The notes beneath the pieces are model-generated. The model worked only from the letters and a program-made list of their open reading frames with translations, did no database searches and had not been told where the DNA came from. A stretch of 64,000 nucleotides of DNA from Bacteroidota bacterium. Lineage in GTDB: Bacteria > Bacteroidota > Bacteroidia > Chitinophagales > Chitinophagaceae. The position numbers and the translations under genes are program-made. Where the stretch lies: NCBI GenBank assembly GCA_014190475.1, contig BJGL01000001.1, positions 9,870 to 73,869 on the forward strand, given 5' to 3'. The first letter of the stretch is position 1; every line of letters starts with the position of its first letter. Shown here piece by piece: positions 18,161 to 27,997 of the stretch.

Positions 18161-18499
18161 ATGCCAATCAATTATTATTTATTCTTAGCCATTGCTCTTT
18201 TCTCCATCGGAGTGGTTGGTGTTTTGACTAGAAGAAATGCCATCATCATATTCATGTGCATTGAGCTGATGTTGAATGCGGTTAATCTGCTGCTTGTTGC
18301 TTTTTCAAAAATGCACTACAAACAAGCGGCTGCCGCTGCTATCCCTATTGCCAATCCGGGTATTGATGGGCAGCTTTTTGTTTTCTTTATTATGGTGGTA
18401 GCCGCCGCTGAAGTAAGTGTGGGGCTGGCTATTATTGTTATGTTGTATAGAAATATTCACTCGGTGGATATTAATTTTCTAAACCGATTGAAACACTGA
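18161..18499 (+). CDS. nuoK: NADH-quinone oxidoreductase subunit K
   Basis: ND4L-like ([35 protein letters not shown]). Start trimmed to MPINYY to avoid a 17-nt overlap with nuoJ. Confidence 0.9.
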   Translation: MPINYYLFLAIALFSIGVVGVLTRRNAIIIFMCIELMLNAVNLLLVAFSKMHYKQAAAAAIPIANPGIDGQLFVFFIMVVAAAEVSVGLAIIVMLYRNIHSVDINFLNRLKH

Positions 18500-18517
18500 T
18501 CAAACTGAACGCTTTAT

Positions 18518-20419
18518 ATGCAATCCTCTTTTCAACTTGCTTTTTTAATTCCATTGCTACCCTTGATAGGCTTCTTGATCAATGGGCTGGGGCGTAATCA
18601 GCTCTCCAAGCAATGGTCTGGACTGATTGGGGCTGGTACAATTATGGGATCTTTTCTAGTCAGTTTATTTATTTTTCAAAGTGTTGAATCCGGTAACACT
18701 GCCGTGGTTTCTTATTTTGATTTTATTCGAATTGAAGGATTACGTATCCCCTTTGCTTTTCAAATAGATGCTCTGTCTTCCTTGTTTCTTCTGATCATTA
18801 CTGGAATTGGATTTTTGATTCATGTTTATTCTATTTCTTATATGCACGAGGAATCCTCTTCCTCTTTTGCACGCTATTTCTCTTACTTGAATTTGTTTGT
18901 CTTCTCCATGTTGCTGCTGGTATTGGGCAGCAATTATGTAGTCTTGTTTATCGGGTGGGAGGGCGTAGGACTTTGTTCTTATTTACTGATTGGATTTTGG
19001 TTTAAAAATCAAGTGTATACCAAAGCCGCCAATAAGGCTTTTATTATGAATCGTATTGGTGACCTTGCTTTTTTGCTTGCTATTTTTTGGTTGATCATCA
19101 AAACTGGATCTGCGTCCTTCCAGGAGGTATTTGAATTTGTACAGGGTAACCAGGGAACTTCTAAGTTCACCGCAACAGATATAACAGTTGTCAGCCTACT
19201 ATTATTTATTGGAGCTACTGGTAAAAGTGCGCAACTTCCCCTTTACACTTGGTTACCTGATGCCATGGCGGGTCCTACTCCTGTTTCTGCCTTGATTCAC
19301 GCGGCTACCATGGTTACCGCGGGTATATACATGATTGCGCGTAGCAACATTATTTATTCACTGGCTCCCTTTACGCTCACGCTGATCAGTTGGGTAGGAT
19401 TGGCTACCGCATTGCTCGCTGCTACTATTGCATTGAGACAGTATGATATTAAAAAAGTATTGGCTTACTCTACGGTGAGTCAATTAGGTTTTATGTTCTT
19501 AGCCTTGGGTAGTGGGGCCTATGTAGCAGCAGTATTTCATGTACTCACGCATGCCTTTTTCAAAGCATTGCTTTTCTTGGGAAGCGGTAGTGTGATTCAT
19601 GCCATGGGAGGTGAACAGGATATTCGCAAAATGGGCGGACTCTCTGGTAAACTTAAAATTACCTATGTCACGTTTTTGATTGGTTGCCTAGCTATCGCAG
19701 GACTTCCTCCATTGAGTGGATTTTTCTCTAAGGATGCCATCTTGTTAAGCGCCTTCCTGCATCAGCCACTGCAATATGGCATTGCGTTGTTTACTGCTTT
19801 TCTTACCGCATTCTATATGTTCCGTTTGTTATTCTTGACTTTTCATGGTTCATTTCGAGGTACAGCCGAACAACAAGCACATTTGCATGAGAGCCCTGCT
19901 TTAATGACCATCCCGCTTATAGTATTGGCATTGCTCTCTGTGGTGGGGGGGTGGATTGGTATACCTGCTGTATTAATGCATGAGGCAGATTGGCTAGGGT
20001 CTTTCTTGGCCCCCGTTTTGAGTTCCTCCACACACGAAGTGTCACATGCCACAGAATGGATGTTGATGTCTCTTTCTGTGGTAGGAGTATTACTTACTAT
20101 TGGATTTGCCTGGTTTCTTTTTCGCAATTACAGGGAGCGTGAATCAAAAGGGCTATTACGATTTTTCGAACATAAATGGTATGTGGACGAACTTTATGAT
20201 CGTCTTATCGTAAAGCCAATTTTTTATTTGGGTCGTTTACTAAAGGAATGGGTTGAGCCTCGATTTATTGACGCCTTGGTTAATGGAGTGGGTAAAACGG
20301 TGCAGTTGGCCGGAAGACAAATCCGTTTTCTACAAAGTGGGCAGATTGGAAGTTATGTGTTGCTGATGGTGCTTGCGATGGTAACAGTGCTCTTGGTTCA
20401 ATTTTTTATCAGAAAGTAA
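18518..20419 (+). CDS. nuoL: NADH-quinone oxidoreductase subunit L
   Basis: 633-aa ND5-like antiporter subunit (GWEGVGLCSYLLIGFW, KSAQLPLYTWLPDAMAGPTPVSALIHAATMV). Confidence 0.95.
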   Translation: MQSSFQLAFLIPLLPLIGFLINGLGRNQLSKQWSGLIGAGTIMGSFLVSLFIFQSVESGNTAVVSYFDFIRIEGLRIPFAFQIDALSSLFLLIITGIGFLIHVYSISYMHEESSSSFARYFSYLNLFVFSMLLLVLGSNYVVLFIGWEGVGLCSYLLIGFWFKNQVYTKAANKAFIMNRIGDLAFLLAIFWLIIKTGSASFQEVFEFVQGNQGTSKFTATDITVVSLLLFIGATGKSAQLPLYTWLPDAMAGPTPVSALIHAATMVTAGIYMIARSNIIYSLAPFTLTLISWVGLATALLAATIALRQYDIKKVLAYSTVSQLGFMFLALGSGAYVAAVFHVLTHAFFKALLFLGSGSVIHAMGGEQDIRKMGGLSGKLKITYVTFLIGCLAIAGLPPLSGFFSKDAILLSAFLHQPLQYGIALFTAFLTAFYMFRLLFLTFHGSFRGTAEQQAHLHESPALMTIPLIVLALLSVVGGWIGIPAVLMHEADWLGSFLAPVLSSSTHEVSHATEWMLMSLSVVGVLLTIGFAWFLFRNYRERESKGLLRFFEHKWYVDELYDRLIVKPIFYLGRLLKEWVEPRFIDALVNGVGKTVQLAGRQIRFLQSGQIGSYVLLMVLAMVTVLLVQFFIRK

Positions 20420-20439
20420 AAGCGTAACACGCAAAAAAT

Positions 20440-21918
20440 ATGGTTGTTCTATTATTACTTTTAATCCCGCTGATTGGTGCTTGTTTTCTTTTTTTATACA
20501 AAGGAGATTATCGGTTTGCTTCTAATGCTGCCCTTCGGGTATCCTTGGCATCACTGCTGGTCATGGGGGCCCGTCTCTTTTATTGGAATACACCCGAGAT
20601 GCTAACTTTTTCTGTTCCCTGGCTAACCTCACTGGGTAGTTCTTTTTCCTTGCGAATGGATGGGTTGGGAACTATGCTCAGTATATTAACTACGGCATCC
20701 TACTTCTTACTTTTTTGGTATTTGAAAGATCGATCCATCGAGCGACCTGCCACCTTTTTTGCATGGCTATTGCTGGCACAGGTGGGAATGTTGGGTGTTT
20801 TTTTAGCAATCGATTCGTTATTGTTTTACTTCTTTTGGGAGTTGGCATTAATTCCTATGTATTTCCTCGCTTCCCAATGGGGTGGAGTTAGAAGAATCCC
20901 GGTTACGTTTAAATTTTTTATCTATACTTTTTTAGGGTCGGTGTTCATGTTGATCGGTATTTTGTATTTGCAATCCAAAACAGCCGATCATTCTTTTGCA
21001 TTAGAGAGTATCAAAAAAATCAGATTAAGTAGCGATCAGCAATCCTGGTTATTTTGGCTGTTTTTTATTGCCTTTGCTATCAAACTTCCTGTATTTCCAT
21101 TTCATACCTGGCAGCCAGACACCTATGAAGAGTCTCCTACACCCGTTACGGCTATTTTAAGTGCGGTGATGGTAAAAATGGGAATACTCGGATTATTAAG
21201 ATGGTTATTACCACTTTTTCCTATCGCTTCTTACATGTGGGGAGATGTAGTAATGTCAATGGCGGTGGTCGGTATAGTTTATGCTTCATTTCTAGCTATG
21301 CAACAAACTGACCTAAAGCGTCTTGTTGCTTACTCCTCCATTGCCCATATTGGTTTAATGACGGCGGGTGCTTTTGCCTTGAATAATATGGCATACCAAG
21401 GACTCCAGCTACAATTATTTACCCATGGTATTAATATCCTGGGTATGTGGATCCTTGCAGATCTTATAGAGCGTAAAATGGGTACTCGTAAAATTGATTC
21501 ACTGGGTGGAATTGCACAGCAATCACCTACGCTTACTATCTTTTTTGTGATCATTGCTTTGGCCAATATTGCACTTCCGCTTACCAATGCATTTGTCGGT
21601 GAGTTTTTACTATTCAATGGAATTCTAGCCACTCCTTCAAATTATTATTGGGTGTTTGCTGGGGTAGGTGGCTTAGGTATCATCTTCTCTGCTGTTTATA
21701 CACTGAAAATGATACGGGCTATTTTTTATGGCGAAGTCAATGCTATTACTCAAAAACCTATTGTTTTAGAGTCGCATGAATGTTGGGTGTTAAGTGTTAT
21801 AGTGGGTTTAATCCTATTCTTTGGAATTTATCCGCAACCCCTTCTAGATATGACGGCTGATTTTTCAAAAGAACTATTTAGTTTAACTGATATTACCTCC
21901 TTATTCCGCAAATCCTAA
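20440..21918 (+). CDS. nuoM: NADH-quinone oxidoreductase subunit M
   Basis: 492-aa ND4-like (FFWELALIPMYFL, FPFHTWQPDTYEESPTP). Confidence 0.95.
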   Translation: MVVLLLLLIPLIGACFLFLYKGDYRFASNAALRVSLASLLVMGARLFYWNTPEMLTFSVPWLTSLGSSFSLRMDGLGTMLSILTTASYFLLFWYLKDRSIERPATFFAWLLLAQVGMLGVFLAIDSLLFYFFWELALIPMYFLASQWGGVRRIPVTFKFFIYTFLGSVFMLIGILYLQSKTADHSFALESIKKIRLSSDQQSWLFWLFFIAFAIKLPVFPFHTWQPDTYEESPTPVTAILSAVMVKMGILGLLRWLLPLFPIASYMWGDVVMSMAVVGIVYASFLAMQQTDLKRLVAYSSIAHIGLMTAGAFALNNMAYQGLQLQLFTHGINILGMWILADLIERKMGTRKIDSLGGIAQQSPTLTIFFVIIALANIALPLTNAFVGEFLLFNGILATPSNYYWVFAGVGGLGIIFSAVYTLKMIRAIFYGEVNAITQKPIVLESHECWVLSVIVGLILFFGIYPQPLLDMTADFSKELFSLTDITSLFRKS

Positions 21919-21927
21919 GCATCCTCT

Positions 21928-23301
21928 ATGAACGCTTTACTTGTTTCTGCTATCCTGGGAGTTTTATTAATGCTCAGCAGTGTATTTATAAAAAATAAAT
22001 CATACATACACACGCTTGCATTGGCTGGATTGGCTGGTTTATTCATGCTTAATTTGGCTGAACTCAATGGGTGGTTACTTTTTGAAATTGATCTCAAAGG
22101 AATGCTGCGTTTTGATCGGTATGCTTTGGTGATGAACGCCATTATGCTGGCTTCGCTTTTCTTTTACCTGCTCTTAAGCGGTCGGGCAATGGAAAAAGTA
22201 GGTCCTCATTATGCTGATTATCTCGCTTTATTATTTTTTATCTGTGCCGGGCTTTTTATGGTTACGGGGTATGCTTCCTTACTGATACTTTTTCTGGGAA
22301 TCGAAGTGATTTCTATCCCCTTATATATTCTTACAGGAAGTGATAAGCGTAATCTCAAGAGTAATGAAGCAGCGTTAAAATACTTCTTGTTGGGATCCTT
22401 CTCCACCGGATTGTTGTTATTGGGAATTGCATTCTTTTATGGGGCCCGTGGTAATTTTAGCGCTACGGTTTCTGTGGATCCTACCGTGGTTGGTTCTTCC
22501 CTTCAGCTAGCCTCGCTATTATTGTTGCTATTTGCGATGTCATTTAAAGTTTCCGTTGCACCTTTCCATTTTTGGACACCTGATGTTTATGATGGGGCAC
22601 CCACCGTATTTACCTCATTTATGGCTACCATTGTAAAGGTTGCTTTGTTTGCTGCTTTTGTTCGTCTTTTTGAAGACACCTTTAGTTTACAATTTTCTAT
22701 ATGGCAGCCTTGGGTTGCGGGTTTTGTGGTGTTAACTCTGTTAATTGGAAATCTCACAGCTGTATTTCAGCAAAGTGTCAAGCGAATGTTGGCCTACTCT
22801 AGTATTGCGCAGGCCGGATTTATGTTGTTAGCCGTTTATGCTATAAACGGAGATAGTAAAGAGGGGTTATTGCTTTATGCCGCCTCCTATTCACTTGCCA
22901 CCATTGGAATATTTGCCGTGCTTTCCCACCTGCAGGATTATACATTTGATGGATTTAATGGCCTTGCCAAAAAGCAACCCGTAGTGGCGGCATCACTGGC
23001 CATCTTTTTTCTATCCCTCGCGGGAATACCACTAACGGGAGGATTCTTAGCCAAGTTATTTATGATTAAGGCGGCTTTGGCCTACCAACCTTGGTTGGCG
23101 ATTGTAGCAGTAATCATGGCAGTGGTTTCTGTTTTCTATTATTTCCGCGTGATTCAAGCCATGTATTTTCGTTCAGCAGATGATCAGGAAATGATGCCCG
23201 AATTTCCAAAGTCTTTCCCAATTCTGCTGCTTGTTACCGCATTGTTGGTTGTTTTATTGGGCATTTTCCCGGAGACCCTTCTAGGGCTCCTGTATTTTTA
23301 A
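21928..23301 (+). CDS. nuoN: NADH-quinone oxidoreductase subunit N
   Basis: 457-aa ND2-like (APFHFWTPDVYDGAPT, KRMLAYSSIAQAGFML). Confidence 0.95.
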   Translation: MNALLVSAILGVLLMLSSVFIKNKSYIHTLALAGLAGLFMLNLAELNGWLLFEIDLKGMLRFDRYALVMNAIMLASLFFYLLLSGRAMEKVGPHYADYLALLFFICAGLFMVTGYASLLILFLGIEVISIPLYILTGSDKRNLKSNEAALKYFLLGSFSTGLLLLGIAFFYGARGNFSATVSVDPTVVGSSLQLASLLLLLFAMSFKVSVAPFHFWTPDVYDGAPTVFTSFMATIVKVALFAAFVRLFEDTFSLQFSIWQPWVAGFVVLTLLIGNLTAVFQQSVKRMLAYSSIAQAGFMLLAVYAINGDSKEGLLLYAASYSLATIGIFAVLSHLQDYTFDGFNGLAKKQPVVAASLAIFFLSLAGIPLTGGFLAKLFMIKAALAYQPWLAIVAVIMAVVSVFYYFRVIQAMYFRSADDQEMMPEFPKSFPILLLVTALLVVLLGIFPETLLGLLYF

Positions 23302-23370
23302 TCGCCCCCACAAGCCGTTCATCAAGCTTTTCTTTGTGTGGAGTAGTTCGGATAGTACCTTCATCGTTCC

Positions 23371-24660
23371 ATGATGCAATTCGCTGATATTTTTTCCCTC
23401 GCATTCAGAACCATTCGCGGTAATAAATTACGAACTGGTCTGACAGTTTCTATTATTGCCTTTGGAATAATGGCCCTGATTGGAATTATCACGGCTATCC
23501 AGGCCATGAATCAAAAACTCACGGAAAGTTTCTCCACCATGGGGGCCAACGGGTTCACTATTCGTTATAAACAACGGAATATCCGATTTGGACAAGGCGG
23601 GGGTAATAACAACTCCGAAATGAAAATTAGTCAAAAGGGACAGCGTAAGGAGCGTACGTCTAATCTTGATAAAAAAATCACGATTAAGCAAGCTGAACTT
23701 TTTGTAGACAGTTTTCAATTTCCTGCTACCATTGGAATCGGTATCAGTGGAGGGCGTAACAGTATTATTTCTTATGAAACCCGAAAAACCAGTCCTAATA
23801 TTTTTTTGCTGGGTGGCGATGAAAATTATCTCGCATTAAATGGTTTTGCAGTGGAAGTGGGACGAAATTTCAATCGACTGGATATTCAATCCGGTCGAAA
23901 TGTTTGTTTATTGGGCTATGACGTAGCTAACAAATTATTTAAGCAAGGTCTCCAGGGTTCTGTCAATAAAATTGTTCGTATTAACTCTATTCCTTACCGC
24001 GTACTCGGGGTACTCGAGAGTAGAGGATCCTCTTTTGGATTTAGTAGGGATAATGTGGTGTTGACCAGTTATACAAACATGGAACGAAATTTTAACACAG
24101 GGGGATCCTACAATATAGCTATTCAAGCTACCGATATAAATCAAGTGCCTGCAGCAATGGGAGAGGCCGAAGGATTATTTCGTTCAATTCGAAGGTTGAG
24201 TACAACGGAGCAAAGCAATTTTGTATTGGATCGGGCCGACAGTGTTGCGGAAAAGGCCATGAACAGCCTTGGGTTTTTAACCATTTCTGCCACGGTCATT
24301 GGTTTAATTACGCTGATTGGTGCTGCGATTGGGTTGATGAATATTATGTTGGTTTCTGTATCTGAGCGAACTCGGGAAGTGGGGTTGATCAAGGCGATTG
24401 GTGGTAAACGACGTGCTGTGAGCCGGCAGTTTTTACTGGAAGCAATCATCATCAGTATACTTGGTGCCTTTTTTGGAATTATCCTTGGTGTTGCCGTGGG
24501 TAACCTTTTTTCCTACGTACTTAAAACTGGTTTTGTAGTTCCTTGGAATTGGGTGTTCTACGGGATTGTAATTTGTACAGGGGTTGGCTTGGCTGCTGGC
24601 ATTTACCCCGCCCGTAAGGCTGGAAAACTAAATCCGATCGAAGCCTTGCGCTACGAGTAA
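23371..24660 (+). CDS. ABC-transporter permease, FtsX/MacB family
   Basis: N-terminal TM, large periplasmic domain, and a C-terminal FtsX 3-TM bundle with SVSERTREVGLIKAIGG and IYPARKAGKLNPIEALRYE. No adjacent ATPase. Confidence 0.8.
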   Translation: MMQFADIFSLAFRTIRGNKLRTGLTVSIIAFGIMALIGIITAIQAMNQKLTESFSTMGANGFTIRYKQRNIRFGQGGGNNNSEMKISQKGQRKERTSNLDKKITIKQAELFVDSFQFPATIGIGISGGRNSIISYETRKTSPNIFLLGGDENYLALNGFAVEVGRNFNRLDIQSGRNVCLLGYDVANKLFKQGLQGSVNKIVRINSIPYRVLGVLESRGSSFGFSRDNVVLTSYTNMERNFNTGGSYNIAIQATDINQVPAAMGEAEGLFRSIRRLSTTEQSNFVLDRADSVAEKAMNSLGFLTISATVIGLITLIGAAIGLMNIMLVSVSERTREVGLIKAIGGKRRAVSRQFLLEAIIISILGAFFGIILGVAVGNLFSYVLKTGFVVPWNWVFYGIVICTGVGLAAGIYPARKAGKLNPIEALRYE

Positions 24661-24850
24661 TTTTCGGGTGGTTTTCCCACATTTTATCCTCTTTTTGTTG
24701 TAATTGTTGAGCTTGCAGATCAAGTTATTATCAATTTTTTGCTGAAAAATTTGCTCTTTTCAAAAAATCCTTAACTTGAACGCTCCTTCCGTTGGGAAGG
24801 AATGAATAGTATTTAACAAACACCTATAACTCAACAAAAAAACAACGACC

Positions 24851-25711
24851 ATGGCAGAGACTAAACCAACTGCAACAGCTGCTTCAAAGGCAACCTCCGT
24901 TCAGGCGAAACATGACAGTAACATGATTTCATGGCTTGCCCCTCTAGTTTGTACCCTAGCTGGTTATGCAATCTGGCGTTTTATGATGGGAAGCGCAGAT
25001 GGATTTTCTGAACCCGATTCAAGTGGCGGATTTTGGCCCTCACACAAAGGACCTAAGGATGCATTTCACCGTATTTACGAAGGAGGTATCATCGTTCCTT
25101 TGCTAATCGGAATGTTTTTGATGGTAGTTGTTTTCTCTATTGAGCGCTATCTGACTATCCGTCGTGCATTGGGAAATGGTGCCATTGCAGATTTTATCCG
25201 CAAAGTGCAATTCCAATTAGCTAGTAAAAACGTGGATGCTGCAATCGCTGAGTGCGACAAGCAACGCGGTTCTGTAGGAAACGTAATGAAAGCAGGTTTG
25301 CGTCGTTACAAAGAAATGATCACTGAAGGTGGTATGTCTACCGACCAGAAAGTAATCGCTATCCAAAAAGAAGTAGAAGAAGCAACAGCGTTGGAATTAC
25401 CCATGATGCAAAAGAACCTCGTGTTCTTATCTACGATTACTTCTGTAGGTACCTTGATCGCCCTTTTGGGTACGGTATTAGGTATGATTCGTTCATTTGC
25501 TGCCCTTGGAGAAGAAGGGGGTGGTGGAGCTGCTGCTGACCTGGCGGTGGGTATCTCCGAGGCCCTTTATAATACTGCATTGGGTATCGGTACTTCTGCT
25601 ATTGCCTTGATTCTTTACAACGTATTTACTACAAAGATTGATTCAATCACGCACGGTATCGATGAATCTGGTTTCACATTGACTCAAAGTTTTGCTTCTT
25701 TATATAAATAA
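24851..25711 (+). CDS. exbB: MotA/TolQ/ExbB proton-channel protein
   Basis: 286 aa. C-terminal channel region LGTVLGMIRSF...GISEALYNTALGI. First gene of an ExbB-ExbD-ExbD-TonB series. Confidence 0.85.
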   Translation: MAETKPTATAASKATSVQAKHDSNMISWLAPLVCTLAGYAIWRFMMGSADGFSEPDSSGGFWPSHKGPKDAFHRIYEGGIIVPLLIGMFLMVVVFSIERYLTIRRALGNGAIADFIRKVQFQLASKNVDAAIAECDKQRGSVGNVMKAGLRRYKEMITEGGMSTDQKVIAIQKEVEEATALELPMMQKNLVFLSTITSVGTLIALLGTVLGMIRSFAALGEEGGGGAAADLAVGISEALYNTALGIGTSAIALILYNVFTTKIDSITHGIDESGFTLTQSFASLYK

Positions 25712-25764
25712 GCGAAACAACAACTTAGTGTGTAACTGATTCTTCACGAAAAAACTAATTCATC

Positions 25765-26418
25765 ATGCCCAGTGCCAAGATACCCCGGAGAAGTACGGAT
25801 ACCGATATGACCCCGTTTGTGGATATCGCGTTCCTGATTCTCTCCTTTTTCATCATGGCCACCAAATTCAAGCCACCTGAGCCTGTAGAAATTACTACGC
25901 CTGGTTCAGTGCTTTCTCAGAAACTACCTGAGAACAATGCTGTGATGATCACGATTGACTCCTCTAACAAAGTATACTTTACCGTTTTGTCGGATCGCGA
26001 TCCTTCTAAATATGATGCGATCATTCAGGGTTTGAACGCTAGCCAAAATCTAGCGTTGAGTCCTGCTGAGATGGCCAATTTCAGAAAGACATTCTTGGTG
26101 GGAGTTGACTTTGCTAACCTCAAACAGTTACTGGCTACCGATTTTCGCGATCAAGCTAAAATCAAACAGCCAGGAATTCCTGTTGCAGATACTCTGAATA
26201 ACCAGCTTGTCTGGTGGATCAAAGAAGCCAAAGCGGCTTTTGCCGGGGAAAAGCTGAATTACCTGATCAAAGGTGACGGGCTTTCCAAGTATCCCACATT
26301 TGCAGCAGTTGTTTATGCATTGAAAAAGAACGAGGAGTTCAAATACAACCTGGTTACTTCACTTGACGACGTTCCTCCCGGAACTGAGTTATATAAAGCG
26401 GAGCAAACCAAGAAATAA
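25765..26418 (+). CDS. exbD: ExbD/TolR biopolymer transport protein (long form)
   Basis: N-terminal DMTPFVDIAFLILSFFIM motif with the conserved TM Asp. 217 aa. Confidence 0.8.
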   Translation: MPSAKIPRRSTDTDMTPFVDIAFLILSFFIMATKFKPPEPVEITTPGSVLSQKLPENNAVMITIDSSNKVYFTVLSDRDPSKYDAIIQGLNASQNLALSPAEMANFRKTFLVGVDFANLKQLLATDFRDQAKIKQPGIPVADTLNNQLVWWIKEAKAAFAGEKLNYLIKGDGLSKYPTFAAVVYALKKNEEFKYNLVTSLDDVPPGTELYKAEQTKK

Positions 26419-26444
26419 ATTATAACCACTAACGACACTTAATT

Positions 26445-27071
26445 ATGGCAAGTATAGATACCGGTGCGGAACAAGGTGGCAAAAAAGGCCCAGGCGTCAA
26501 GAAAGCAAAAAAACTTTCTACCCGTGTGGATATGACTCCCATGGTGGACCTTGGCTTTTTGTTGATTACCTTCTTCGTTTTCACCGCTACCATGAGCTCG
26601 CCCACTACCTTGGACCTGAACATGCCTAAGGATATTAAGAAGCAGGAGGACCAAACAGAGGTTAAAGAATCTTCTGTATTGACCATCATGCTTGGCAAGG
26701 CAGATCAGGTTTATTACTACGAAGGAAAACTAGTGGTAGATGCCACAGGTAATAATTTCAAGCAAACCACGTTCAAAGGTATAAGAGACATCATCGTCAA
26801 TAAAAAGAAAGAGGTGATGGATCGTTACTATCAGAGTCCAAATCCTGAATGCGAAGCGAAAGCCAAGGCGGAAGGGAAACCCATCAGTAATTGTGCTGAC
26901 AAGGATTTTGTGGTAATTATTAAACCCAGCGATGATGCCACTTATCGAAATACAGTAGATATATTGGACGAAATGACTATTAATCAGGTTCGTACTTACG
27001 CCATGGTAAAAATTGCCGATGTGGAATACGAATTGATTAAGAAGACAGAAGAATCCAACGGCATCAAATAG
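26445..27071 (+). CDS. exbD: ExbD/TolR biopolymer transport protein (second paralogue)
   Basis: DMTPMVDLGFLLITFFVF motif. 208 aa. Confidence 0.8.
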   Translation: MASIDTGAEQGGKKGPGVKKAKKLSTRVDMTPMVDLGFLLITFFVFTATMSSPTTLDLNMPKDIKKQEDQTEVKESSVLTIMLGKADQVYYYEGKLVVDATGNNFKQTTFKGIRDIIVNKKKEVMDRYYQSPNPECEAKAKAEGKPISNCADKDFVVIIKPSDDATYRNTVDILDEMTINQVRTYAMVKIADVEYELIKKTEESNGIK

Positions 27072-27091
27072 TTAACGACAAAACAGCGAGC

Positions 27092-27913
27092 ATGGAAGTC
27101 AACAAAATACTATCTGCAGATCTGTTGGACATCATATTCGAAGGACGAAACAAAGAATATGGGGCCTACTATCTGCGTAAAACTTACAATGAGAGAGTCA
27201 AGCGTGCCTTGATCATTACGGCTTCAATTGCCGGAACGATCCTGCTGATCTCTTTCCTGAATCAAACCCTGGGAGATCGGGGTGATACCAAAGTAAAGAT
27301 CAATGAAATGACTTTACAGGATGTGAAGCAAGAGGAAAAAGAACCCCCGCCACCACCTCCTCCGCCTCCACCTAAGCAGGAACCTCCAAAGGTGGAAATG
27401 AAGCAGTTCACTCCTCCTGTAATCAAAAAAGACGAGGAAGTTGAAAAACCACCACCACCACAGGAGGAATTAAAGGAGGCTAAGATCGATGTGGTAAACG
27501 TAGAAGGTATCAAGGATGAAGGGTTGGCTGCTCCAGTAGATATTGATCAGGGTCGTCAAATCGTTGAAGAAAAAATCGACGATAATAAAATCTTTGATAA
27601 GGTGGAGATTGAAGCTAGTTTCCCTGGTGGAGACAGTAAATGGCGTCAATATCTGGAGCGTAATGCCAACGGGCAGGTAGCTACTGATAACGGAGCTCCC
27701 GAGGGTACTTATACCGTAGTGGTACAGTTTGTGGTGGACAAAGAAGGAAATATTTCTGACGTGCGTTCACTCACTAACCACGGGTATGGAATGGAAGAAG
27801 AAGCGATGCGTGTAATCAGAAAAGGTCCCAAATGGAATCCAGCCGTTCAAAATGGACGTCAAGTAAAGGCGTATCGTAAACAACCAATTACTTTCCGCGT
27901 TGAGTCTGAATAA
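27092..27913 (+). CDS. tonB: energy transducer TonB
   Basis: N-terminal TM anchor, Pro-rich spacer (EPPPPPPPPPPKQEPPKVE) and a C-terminal TonB domain (ASFPGG...YRKQPITF). Confidence 0.85.
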   Translation: MEVNKILSADLLDIIFEGRNKEYGAYYLRKTYNERVKRALIITASIAGTILLISFLNQTLGDRGDTKVKINEMTLQDVKQEEKEPPPPPPPPPPKQEPPKVEMKQFTPPVIKKDEEVEKPPPPQEELKEAKIDVVNVEGIKDEGLAAPVDIDQGRQIVEEKIDDNKIFDKVEIEASFPGGDSKWRQYLERNANGQVATDNGAPEGTYTVVVQFVVDKEGNISDVRSLTNHGYGMEEEAMRVIRKGPKWNPAVQNGRQVKAYRKQPITFRVESE

Positions 27914-27935
27914 TCTCTAACGATTTGCTTTGTTT

Positions 27936-27963
27936 GTCCCCTCCTTGGAGGGGACATTTTTTT
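27936..27963 (+). terminator. Rho-independent terminator after tonB
   Basis: GTCCCCTCC-tt-GGAGGGGAC followed by ATTTTTTT, 23 nt after the tonB stop. Confidence 0.85.
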
Positions 27964-27985
27964 ATACCCCCCGAAGGCTTTGTGT

Positions 27986-27993
27986 TAATTTTG
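27986..27993 (+). promoter_or_regulatory. candidate -7 promoter box (TAATTTTG) of mnmE
   Basis: Perfect TAnnTTTG, 4 nt upstream of the mnmE ATG and just after the tonB terminator. No good -33 element seen. Confidence 0.35.
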
Positions 27994-27997
27994 TAAC

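Noticed and set aside
25818-25826. DnaA-box-like 8/9 matches (TGTGGATAT) here and at 26525-26533.
   Set aside because: Both encode the conserved ExbD motif (P-x-VD-I/M) in two paralogous genes. The similarity is explained by coding constraint.
27344-27373. C/CA-rich simple-sequence tract (cccccgccaccacctcctccgcctccacct), with a similar G-rich tract at ~2170-2200 on the plus strand.
   Set aside because: These encode the poly-proline spacer of TonB and the Pro7 tail of the LTxxQ protein. They are in frame and typical of these proteins, and are not repeat elements or phase-variation tracts (the codons are mixed, not homopolymeric).
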